From Candidatus Thorarchaeota archaeon SMTZ1-45 (GTDB lineage: Archaea; Asgardarchaeota; Thorarchaeia; Thorarchaeales; Thorarchaeaceae), in assembly GCA_001563335.1 (NCBI GenBank), contig LRSL01000033.1, positions 1 through 54,985 of the forward strand: a DNA stretch of 54,985 bases, given 5' to 3'. How positions within the stretch are numbered: position 1 is the first letter of the stretch; each line of letters starts with the position of its first letter. Made by a program: the position numbers and the translations under genes. Under the pieces are notes generated by a model, which made no database searches, was not told where the DNA came from, and saw only the letters and a program-made list of their open reading frames with translations. Positions 17,938 through 26,742 of this stretch are shown here, piece after piece.

Positions 17938-19242
17938 GTGGTGAATGAATTATTGAAACTCAATATTGGCTGTGGTCACGAATACAAGAAAGGCTATGTC
18001 AATATTGATGCCTTCGATAGTTCAATTGCAGACAAGAAAATGTCAGCTCTAAATCTTGAGTTTGATGATGATTCATTTACTCAGGTTGAATGTGTACAAG
18101 TACTCGAACACCTTGGGGCTGCAAAGTCAATCTATGCATTGGCTGAAGTTTATCGTGTACTCAAGCCAGAAGGAGTCTTTATCATAGTAACTCCGGATTT
18201 AAGGAATTCATTCAAGATTTTTCTTAAAGGGAATGAGGAACAACGAAAACTAGTGATGAACTGGATATACGGACTAGACATTCCAGGCATGTCGCACAAA
18301 TATGGTTTCCCAGAGGAACTTCTAGAGAGAATGCTACAGGAAACAGGATTCTTTGATATTGATATTAAACGGATTAATAGCAAGTCAACACATCCCTCGC
18401 TTCAGGTAGTTTGTAAGAAGCCATTTTCAAGATGGCATCAGTTATTTACACATTTTCGGAAAAAGCTTGTACAGGGAGACTTGGTGGACCTACAGAACCA
18501 GATCGATGTGATTGATAAGGAAACCATACTGCAAGATATTTTGACAGCTGTTCTGAAGACTAATACCGCAAGGCAGGTTCTACAAATAACTTCAACAAGC
18601 AGTCCCAAGATCGGGCAGGTATTCATGGAGGAATATGTTGCAGAAAATCTAGTATCTGAGGATTATGTTCGGATTCATCTCGGAATACTAGAGGAACTAG
18701 CTCTTCTGGAATTTCCAAAGATGATGACCTATCTTTTTCGAGAAATGCCAGTGATACCTGGATGTCAATCTGAAACATTTGAAACGGTCAGATCGATGTG
18801 TGCTAAATCGGTCAAGAAACTTATCTCTGGGGAGAAAGAAGTCATCGATGAATTAAGAAATACATCAAAAAAGGTTGATATCGAAATCCAGACTATCATT
18901 TTCTCAAAGACTATGTTAAATTCAATCTCGCAGTATCATCAAGCCTTAGGAGCCAAGGCATTTAGCCAAAACAAGTTAGTTGAGGCAATGATTCAGTACA
19001 AGAATGCAGTTCGATTCAATCGTGACAATACATTGGCGTATTGGAATCTCGCACGATTACATGTTTTGAATAATCTGCAAGAAAAAGCTAGAGTGTGTTA
19101 CAGTACTACACACGATCTAGTTTCATTGATGCACCCAAAGGTTATGAAACCCCTGCTTAGAGAGATAGAAACTGAATTTGAACAAGCAATGAAGAGAAAT
19201 TGGAAACATATTGACCAACCAGTTTTGTCGCTACTGCGTTGA
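17938..19242 (+). CDS. class I SAM-dependent methyltransferase with C-terminal helical/TPR region
   Basis: LNIGCG, VNID, VLEHL and YRVLKPEG, with TPR-like AMIQYKNAVRFNRDNTLAYWNLARL. Confidence 0.85.
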   Translation: MVNELLKLNIGCGHEYKKGYVNIDAFDSSIADKKMSALNLEFDDDSFTQVECVQVLEHLGAAKSIYALAEVYRVLKPEGVFIIVTPDLRNSFKIFLKGNEEQRKLVMNWIYGLDIPGMSHKYGFPEELLERMLQETGFFDIDIKRINSKSTHPSLQVVCKKPFSRWHQLFTHFRKKLVQGDLVDLQNQIDVIDKETILQDILTAVLKTNTARQVLQITSTSSPKIGQVFMEEYVAENLVSEDYVRIHLGILEELALLEFPKMMTYLFREMPVIPGCQSETFETVRSMCAKSVKKLISGEKEVIDELRNTSKKVDIEIQTIIFSKTMLNSISQYHQALGAKAFSQNKLVEAMIQYKNAVRFNRDNTLAYWNLARLHVLNNLQEKARVCYSTTHDLVSLMHPKVMKPLLREIETEFEQAMKRNWKHIDQPVLSLLR

Positions 19243-19286
19243 TTCAGTACGGAAATTTATATCACACGTTGTAAATTCGAGATTCT

Positions 19287-20378
19287 ATGACTCTCCTTCA
19301 CACTGAACTCTGTGATATAATTGGAATCAAGCACCCCATACTTCAGGGAGGCATGGGACCATATAAGACTGAGGCACTAGCAATTGCAGTGGTTAATGCT
19401 GGAGCTCTAGGCGTTATCAGTTGTATAGGCATGGCTGCGACACTCATTCCTGAAGCAGCTCCAATTGATGCACAGAGATTATTTGGCTCAGACCCGCCAG
19501 CCATCATTCTACAGAAATCGATTGAAAAAGTCACAAAGGAAACTCGTTCATCTGGTGGAGTTTTTGGAGTAAATGTGCCTGTAGCTGCTGAATTCATCTT
19601 GGCATCAAAGATGTTTGTAGAACAGACAATTGAGTCCTGTAAGGCAGATTCAGACACTGAACGTTCATTGAGAGTTGTTGTGACGTCAGCTGGAAACCCA
19701 AAGCCATGGTCAGTCCTCAAAGATGAGGGTTTCATCTGGGTGCATGTAGTACCCTCTGTATATCACGCAAAGAAGGCTGAAGCAGCGGGTGCGGACATCA
19801 TTGTGGCATCGGGACACGAGGGAGGGGCGCATGTTTCATGGGATCCTGTCCATTCCATGGTGCTTGTTCCAGCAGTTGCTAAGGCTGTGAAAACTCCGGT
19901 AGTTGGAGCGGGTGGTTTTTGCGATGGATTAACCCTTGCTGCAGCTCTATGCTTGGGAGCTGTTGGCATTCAGATGGGTACACGTTTCATAGCAACCAAG
20001 GAGAGTGATTTTGAGCCAATGTGGAAACAGGCGATATTAAAGAGAGAAGAGCGTCAGACTCTCGTCGGACGAGGTCTCTTTGGACCAATGCGATTCTTGC
20101 GTAACAAGAGAGCTGAAGAGATTGTAGAACAGACCTTAGAGGATTTGCCAAACTTCTACCTAGGTGAGCCTCTAGACTCAAATGAGGTGATTCTGAAACT
20201 TGAACAGACAGGATTCGATGACCTTCTTGATGCAAAAGAGGATACTGCTCTGATGTTTGGAGGGGAGGTAGCAGGTCGAATTCAAGATCTACCCACTACA
20301 GCTGAGCTCATAGGAAGCATAGTTAGTGAGGCTTCAGAGGTGCTTGGTAGAGCACCAAAATTTGTGGTTAGTGGTTGA
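19287..20378 (+). CDS. nitronate monooxygenase / FabK-like flavoprotein
   Basis: PILQGGM, GHEGGAH, VVGAGG, GIQMGTRF and GEVAGRI. Confidence 0.9.
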   Translation: MTLLHTELCDIIGIKHPILQGGMGPYKTEALAIAVVNAGALGVISCIGMAATLIPEAAPIDAQRLFGSDPPAIILQKSIEKVTKETRSSGGVFGVNVPVAAEFILASKMFVEQTIESCKADSDTERSLRVVVTSAGNPKPWSVLKDEGFIWVHVVPSVYHAKKAEAAGADIIVASGHEGGAHVSWDPVHSMVLVPAVAKAVKTPVVGAGGFCDGLTLAAALCLGAVGIQMGTRFIATKESDFEPMWKQAILKREERQTLVGRGLFGPMRFLRNKRAEEIVEQTLEDLPNFYLGEPLDSNEVILKLEQTGFDDLLDAKEDTALMFGGEVAGRIQDLPTTAELIGSIVSEASEVLGRAPKFVVSG

Positions 20379-20454
20379 GAGTAGCCAGTGCGAGGAAATA
20401 AAGGGGCGAGATTCCTCCATATGATAGCACATTATGCTATGAGGAGAGATTGGA

Positions 20455-21636
20455 ATGGTCTGGTGGTTTTATGTTCCAAATATCGTGTTTGGGGAAGATG
20501 CCCTTACTGAACTTGAGCAGATTAGTGGAAAGAAAGCATTCATTGTAACTGATAGAGTAATCAATAGTCTTGGTCTAGCTGAGAAAGTCTGTCGGATATT
20601 GACGGAAAGACAATGGGAGGCGGCGATTTGGGATGGTGTGGAACCAGATCCAAAGGTTTCCACAGTCAAAGCTGCCGCTGAGGCAATCAAGATGTTCGGT
20701 GCGGATTGGATTATTGCAGTAGGTGGAGGAAGTGTCATGGACACAGCCAAAGCAGCATGGGTACTCTATGAGAAGCCAGATGTCGAACTACATGCTCTAA
20801 CACCATTTGATGAATTAGGTCTTCGTAAAAAAGCCAAGCTGATTTGCATACCAACAACTACGGGTACAGGTTCTGAAGCAACTAAAGCAATCGTTATTCG
20901 TGATGATGAAACGGGTAGAAAATTCGCAACCATAAATCCTGAATTGACACCAGATATAGCGATTTTAGATCCGGAATTTGTGGTTGGCCTTCCGAGGAAT
21001 CTCACAGCTTATACAGGTATGGATGCACTAACCCATGCAGTAGAAGGATATGTTTCTGTTTGGAAGAATGACTTCTCTGATGGTTGTTCACTTCAAGCAG
21101 TCAAGATGATTTTCGAGTGGCTCCCCAAGTCAGTTGATAATCTAACGGATTTAGAGAGTAGGGAGAAGATGCTAATTGCCGCATGTCTTGCAGGAATGGC
21201 ATTTGGTAATTCACAAGCTGCACTTGCTCACTCCCTAGGTCATAGTATGGGCTCAGTACTTCGAACTCATCACGGGATGTCTGTAGGAATGGCATTACCA
21301 TATACTATCGAGTTCAACTGTAGAGGTAAAGAGAATGAGGAAGCTGCGAAACAATACTCAGAGTTAGCAAGACTGATTGGAATTACAGGGAAAAAACCTG
21401 AAACTGTATCTCTGAAATTTGCTGGAGCTGTCCGAGAATTGATGAAGAAGATTGGTAGTCCTCAGAGTTTCAAGGAAGCTGGAGTTAAGAAGAAAGACTT
21501 CAACGCTGGACTAGAGAACATGGTTGATTTTGCCATGATGGATACAAGCCTGACGATGAACCCACGAAATATTGACAGTGAAGAGATTCGAAAGATGTAC
21601 AGATACATGTATGATGGAACAGTTATCGATTTCTAG
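20455..21636 (+). CDS. iron-containing alcohol dehydrogenase
   Basis: GGGSVMDTAK, PTTTGTGSE, GMDALTHAVEGY, AHSLGH and HG. Confidence 0.95.
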   Translation: MVWWFYVPNIVFGEDALTELEQISGKKAFIVTDRVINSLGLAEKVCRILTERQWEAAIWDGVEPDPKVSTVKAAAEAIKMFGADWIIAVGGGSVMDTAKAAWVLYEKPDVELHALTPFDELGLRKKAKLICIPTTTGTGSEATKAIVIRDDETGRKFATINPELTPDIAILDPEFVVGLPRNLTAYTGMDALTHAVEGYVSVWKNDFSDGCSLQAVKMIFEWLPKSVDNLTDLESREKMLIAACLAGMAFGNSQAALAHSLGHSMGSVLRTHHGMSVGMALPYTIEFNCRGKENEEAAKQYSELARLIGITGKKPETVSLKFAGAVRELMKKIGSPQSFKEAGVKKKDFNAGLENMVDFAMMDTSLTMNPRNIDSEEIRKMYRYMYDGTVIDF

Positions 21637-21639
21637 GGG

Positions 21640-23472
21640 ATGGTGCCAATGGTGGATGGTTATCGAGGAAAAATACTCAGGGTAGACCTGAGTGCAGGGT
21701 CAACATCTGTTACGTCAATCGATGAAGAATTGTTGAGAGGGTTTATTGGAGGAGCAGGACTGGGTGCTCGTTTGCTTTATGATATGATTGACAAAGACAC
21801 AGAACCTCTTGGTCCAGAGAATCCTCTATTGTATCTGACAGGTCCATTATGTGGCACTATGGCACCCACTGGTAGCAAGTCAACATTCTGCTCAAGGTCT
21901 CCAAAGACAGGTCTTTTCGGATATAGCACTGTGGGAGGACACTTAGGTGCAGACCTCAAGTTCGCTGGTTATGACGGAATCATATTCACTGGAGCTGCAA
22001 AGGAACCATCATATCTTCTTGTGGACAATTCAGATGTTGAAATTAGGAATGCCAAACATTTGTGGGGTATGGACACAATACAGGTTTGGGAGGAGCTGAA
22101 GAAAGAGACCGGTTACAAGAATGCGGGTATCGCTAGAATTGGTATTGCTGGAGAGAACCTTGTGAAGTATGCATGTATCATTGTAGATCACCATAGAGCT
22201 GCCGGGCGAACGGGACAGGGTGCAGTTATGGGGTCAAAGAAGCTGAAAGCAATAGTAATCAATGGAACTGATCGAAAGGTGCCTGTTGCGGATGAGAAAG
22301 GTCTCAGAGAATATGCCAATGAGCTTAATGAAGATAAGAAAGAAGACCCTACTTTCCGGATGTACTCTGACCTTGGAACAGCTGGCTTCACAGACATGGC
22401 TAGCATGATGTGGGGTTCATTGCCTGCTGGATACTACACGGTTCCTGATTTTGACACATACAATCTAAGCGGCACAACTGTCAGAGAAACTATCTTGGTG
22501 GGCAAATCAGCATGTTATCGATGTCCCATTGCATGCGGAAGAGTGATAGAGATTCCAGAAGGCAAGTACAAGATGGATAGGTATGCTGGACCTGAGCTTG
22601 AAGTAACTGGAACTATGGGTTCTCTTCTCCTCAATAATGATGTCGAATCAGTAGCTTATGCGAACAAGATACTCAACATGCTTGGAATTGATACGATTTC
22701 TGGAGGAAATACTATAGCGTTTGCCTACTATCTCTTCAAGGAAGGAAAGATAACTACGGAGGACCTTGATGGGATTACGCCAGAATGGGGTGATGTTGAT
22801 CCAGGAATAGCTCTCGCAGAGAAGATAGCCAAACGGGATGGTATCGGAAACATGTTGGCTGAGGGAGCCTTTGAGTTTGGAGAGAAGTTTGGAGTTTCTG
22901 ACCTAGCTGTTCAAGTCAATGGTCTTGAACTACCGCAGCACGACCCACGAGGTTTCTCAGGCCATGCCATTGGTTACGCAACATCACCTCGTGGTGCATG
23001 TCATATGAGTGCAGATATGTATAATGTCCAGATGGGACAACCCAATGAGGCTTTTAGAATTGAGAGTGAAGACAGATTCGCCAATGAGGCAGACTTGGTT
23101 GCAAGACTCCAAGATTTTCGTGCTCTGACAAACTCCGCTGTGATGTGCAATTTCTATCCTGCAAACGGAAACCAGTTATTGAAGCTCCTAAAACTAGCAA
23201 CTGGATGGGATATGGATATTGAAGAGTTAGTGAAGACAGGTGAGAGAATCTTCACCATGATGAGATTGCTTAACCTCAAGCTTGGTTATTACACAAAAAA
23301 GGAGGGTCTTCCATTGCTTGTGCTGAAACCGCTTGAGGGAGCCACAGAAGGTCATGTGCCTGATATCGAGGCACAATTGAATACATGGTATGAATACCGT
23401 GAATGGGACAGAAAGACTGGAAGACCACCCAAAGAAAAGCTTGAGGAACTAGGTCTAGGAGACCTCACCTAA
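21640..23472 (+). CDS. aor: tungsten aldehyde:ferredoxin oxidoreductase
   Basis: KILRVDL, RSPKTG, LKFAGYDG, AAGRTGQGAVMGSKKLKAI, CYRCPIAC, GPELE, GIDTIS, HDPRG and RGACH. Confidence 0.92.
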   Translation: MVPMVDGYRGKILRVDLSAGSTSVTSIDEELLRGFIGGAGLGARLLYDMIDKDTEPLGPENPLLYLTGPLCGTMAPTGSKSTFCSRSPKTGLFGYSTVGGHLGADLKFAGYDGIIFTGAAKEPSYLLVDNSDVEIRNAKHLWGMDTIQVWEELKKETGYKNAGIARIGIAGENLVKYACIIVDHHRAAGRTGQGAVMGSKKLKAIVINGTDRKVPVADEKGLREYANELNEDKKEDPTFRMYSDLGTAGFTDMASMMWGSLPAGYYTVPDFDTYNLSGTTVRETILVGKSACYRCPIACGRVIEIPEGKYKMDRYAGPELEVTGTMGSLLLNNDVESVAYANKILNMLGIDTISGGNTIAFAYYLFKEGKITTEDLDGITPEWGDVDPGIALAEKIAKRDGIGNMLAEGAFEFGEKFGVSDLAVQVNGLELPQHDPRGFSGHAIGYATSPRGACHMSADMYNVQMGQPNEAFRIESEDRFANEADLVARLQDFRALTNSAVMCNFYPANGNQLLKLLKLATGWDMDIEELVKTGERIFTMMRLLNLKLGYYTKKEGLPLLVLKPLEGATEGHVPDIEAQLNTWYEYREWDRKTGRPPKEKLEELGLGDLT

Positions 23473-24968
23473 GCACTAGCTTCTTCATATTAGGAAGATC
23501 CTCAACAATTTCCTTCAAGACATTGAAAAGAATTTCAACATCAATTATCCTGAGACGTTCATCAGGAGTATGAGGATTCTCCAGAGTAGGTCCTATTGAC
23601 ACCATTTGTATGCCAGGTATCTTTGATCCAATTATTCCGCACTCAAGACCTGCATGAATGGCCTCAACCTTGACCTCTCTTCCAGTCACATTTTCAAAAT
23701 GTTTACGTACAAATGAAAGAAACGGACTCTTTGGTTCGGGATTCCACCCAGGATATCCAGGTTTCTTTGTGATTTGCCATCCACTCAATTCAGCAAGATC
23801 CACAATACTATTTCTGAAGGCTTCAAGTTCTGAGTCTACACTACTCCTAGTAGAGAGCAGAACATAGACTTCAGATGCTCCAGTCTTGATTATAGCAACA
23901 TTGTTTGAAGTTTCCACAAGACCATCAACATTAGGGGAGAAACGGATGGGTCCATGAGGTAAAATGTTGATTGATTGAATTATCCGTTTTGATTCTTCAA
24001 GTGAAAATGCAGGTTCTGAAGATGATTTGTCCCAGTTGACTTGCATATCAGGCTCAAGTTCCTTGTAGTATGTTTTGAGGACCTTACGAACTCCTGTAAG
24101 TAACTCTTCAACCCTCTTGGATTTATTAGATTCCACTGCAAATTTGACTGTTGCTTCACGGGCAATAGCATTATGCTTGCTTCCTCCGTTCCAATTACAG
24201 AGATGCAAATTCATCTCAGCCACAAGTGAAGATAACAATCTAGCAGCCACTTTGTTTGAATTGGCTCGATGTTTGTGAATATCAACTCCTGAATGTCCAC
24301 CAAACAGACCTGAAACAGTCAGATTGAAGAATGTGATATCTCCTGTGACCTCTCTGAGTTCGATCTTTTTTGTGAGTTCCAGGTCACCTCCACCTGCGGA
24401 ACCTATAGTAATCACTTCAAGAGTTTCAGAGTCGATATTCATCATGAGCTTGCTCGTTATGCCCATGTTTTTAGGTTCAAGCGCAAAAGCGCCTACAAGA
24501 CCAGTTTCCTCATCAACCGTGATAAGAAGCTCTAGGGGACCATGTCGAACTTTTGGATCCAACATCAGAGCTAGACAAAGTGATACGCCAATCCCATTAT
24601 CTGCTCCAAGGGTAGTACCATCAGCATCCACCCATTCTCCATTTTCTTGTATACGAATCGGAATAGAGTTGTTTTCAAAATCAAAACCATCTGGTCTATC
24701 AGTTTCACACACCATATCCATATGACCCTGAAGGAGAAGAGGTTGAGCAGCCTCCATCCCCTTTGTTGGACCTTTTTTGATGAGCAGATTGCCAGCCTTA
24801 TCTTCAATCACTTCAATCTTCATTCCGAGTGATGTCGCACGTTCAGGAATCCAGCTCTTCAGCTTTTCTCGAATCTTGTCTTCTTTCTTTGAACCTCGTG
24901 GTGTCTTTGTGAAGACTTCTTCAAAAATCTCCCAAACAAGTTTAGGCTCCAAGCTCTCAAAGACCATT
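23465..24968 (-). CDS. pepD: aminoacyl-histidine dipeptidase (M20C peptidase)
   Basis: LQGHMDMVCE, TTLGADNGIG, VDEETG, NIDSE, GGHSG, IHAGLECG and HTPDE. The start is likely MVFESLEPK rather than position 25006. Confidence 0.9.
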
Positions 24969-25089
24969 AGAGAACCTCCGTGATCATTCATGACTTGATG
25001 CTCCACTATAAGGTTTTGTCAATGAACCAACAGATATTTCTTTCACCAGATTCATGAACTGTTGTTTCCTAATTGAGGAGTGACGGGTT

Positions 25090-25962
25090 ATGTGGTTTGA
25101 TCCATCAATTACGGACATTCTCAGAGATATCCTACCGGGTTTGGGTGATTTCTTCCTTCTCATGTCCCAACTGGGAGGTGAAACATTCTACATCGCCCTG
25201 TTGCTAATACTATATTGGGCATTTAACAAGAGAGAGGCCATACTTGCTTCGTATATACTCATTGCAGCAATAATCTCAAACTACTGGCTGAAGATTATGA
25301 TTGCTAATGAGAGACCACCTGTGAGTAATTGGCTTCCTGGTGCAGATGGCCCAAACTATAGCACACCTAGTGGTCATTCCCAGAACTCTGCAACTCTCTA
25401 CAGCTGGTTCACAGCGAGAGTCAGGACATGGTGGATGGGACTCATTGCAATCATACTCACACTGTTGATTGGCATTTCCAGAGTGTATATTGGTGTCCAT
25501 TTTCTGGAGGATGTGCTGCTTGGATGGGGAATTGGTATAATCACGGTTCTTCTGTTCGTATATTTTGAGAAACCTGTTAGAGAATATCTTTCAAAATACA
25601 ATGCTGAACACTTGTTGCTTGTATTGATGTTCATTGGATTATTGATGACTCTGACTAATTCATTCCTACCGCCACCGCCGAATGATAATTTTGGTGCGTA
25701 CGGAGGACTGACAATAGGATTTGCCTTGGGGCTTATTCTTGAAATGAGGTTCGTGAACTTCACCACTGAGCCCTATGAGGGACAGAAATGGCGTTTGGTG
25801 ATACGAGTTGTAATCGGTTTGATTCTAGTCATTGGTTTGATGTATTTACTTGCTCCATTCCTTCCGACTGGAGAGATTTGGCTTCGAACAATCCGTTATG
25901 CATTGATAGCGATTACTGGACTGTTCATCTGGCCATTGATATTCAAGAAAGTCAACCTCTGA
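25090..25962 (+). CDS. PAP2 family membrane phosphatase
   Basis: K......RP, PSGH and SRVYIGVHF..D motifs, with multiple TM helices. Confidence 0.92.
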   Translation: MWFDPSITDILRDILPGLGDFFLLMSQLGGETFYIALLLILYWAFNKREAILASYILIAAIISNYWLKIMIANERPPVSNWLPGADGPNYSTPSGHSQNSATLYSWFTARVRTWWMGLIAIILTLLIGISRVYIGVHFLEDVLLGWGIGIITVLLFVYFEKPVREYLSKYNAEHLLLVLMFIGLLMTLTNSFLPPPPNDNFGAYGGLTIGFALGLILEMRFVNFTTEPYEGQKWRLVIRVVIGLILVIGLMYLLAPFLPTGEIWLRTIRYALIAITGLFIWPLIFKKVNL

Positions 25963-26015
25963 AATTGCTCTCGACAGATTCAATAATCGGAATTCACAGG
26001 CTTGGAATGTGAGTT

Positions 26016-26738
26016 ATGATGAGAAAGGGGAAGAGTACACCATTATTATCACCAGCATATCCAAGACCACCCTATCACTACATCAATGCTAGACTGTTCT
26101 TGGCAATGTTCAATCCTCCAGAGGATACAATGCAGGATTTGTTACCAGCCCCATTACGGCCCTCACAGATGCCATTAGCTGCATTGATGTTTGGAGAAAT
26201 GCCTTGTAAGGAAACCGGAACCTTCATGGAATCAGGAATTCTGGTACAATGTGTGTTTGACAACCACGAAACCAAGGAAGAGGAAGTTGGTGTCTATTTT
26301 GCCTACAACTATGTGAACACAGATGTCGCACAGGTATCAGGACGTGAGATCTGGGGGTATCCAAGGAAGCTGGCTAATATCTCTCTAAATTGGAGAAAAA
26401 ACACCATCATTGGGAAAGTTGTGAGGGATAGGACTACAATTTACAAAGCCAGCTGCAAGATGGAGGACGAAGGCGCGTGGATTGATAGCGGCCCCAATAT
26501 CAATGCCAAAGTTATTCCAAGTCCATCTGGAGAAGGATATGATCTAGCAGTGTTAACAGCAGCCTATCTTGAGTACACAATAAAGAACGGAAGGTCTGGG
26601 GAGGTCAAAATCGAGATTCAGGGTGGACCTCGGGATGATTTGAGTCCTGTGAAGATTGAATCGCTGATGATAGGGCAGTATTTTGACTGCGACATGCTGC
26701 TTCCTCCGGCAAAGGTTGTCGGTGACCTTAAGCTATAG
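26016..26738 (+). CDS. acetoacetate decarboxylase family protein (catalytic Lys position is Arg)
   Basis: STPLLSPAYPRPPY, ESG and GREIWGYPRKLA. Confidence 0.85.
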   Translation: MMRKGKSTPLLSPAYPRPPYHYINARLFLAMFNPPEDTMQDLLPAPLRPSQMPLAALMFGEMPCKETGTFMESGILVQCVFDNHETKEEEVGVYFAYNYVNTDVAQVSGREIWGYPRKLANISLNWRKNTIIGKVVRDRTTIYKASCKMEDEGAWIDSGPNINAKVIPSPSGEGYDLAVLTAAYLEYTIKNGRSGEVKIEIQGGPRDDLSPVKIESLMIGQYFDCDMLLPPAKVVGDLKL

Positions 26739-26742
26739 CTCT

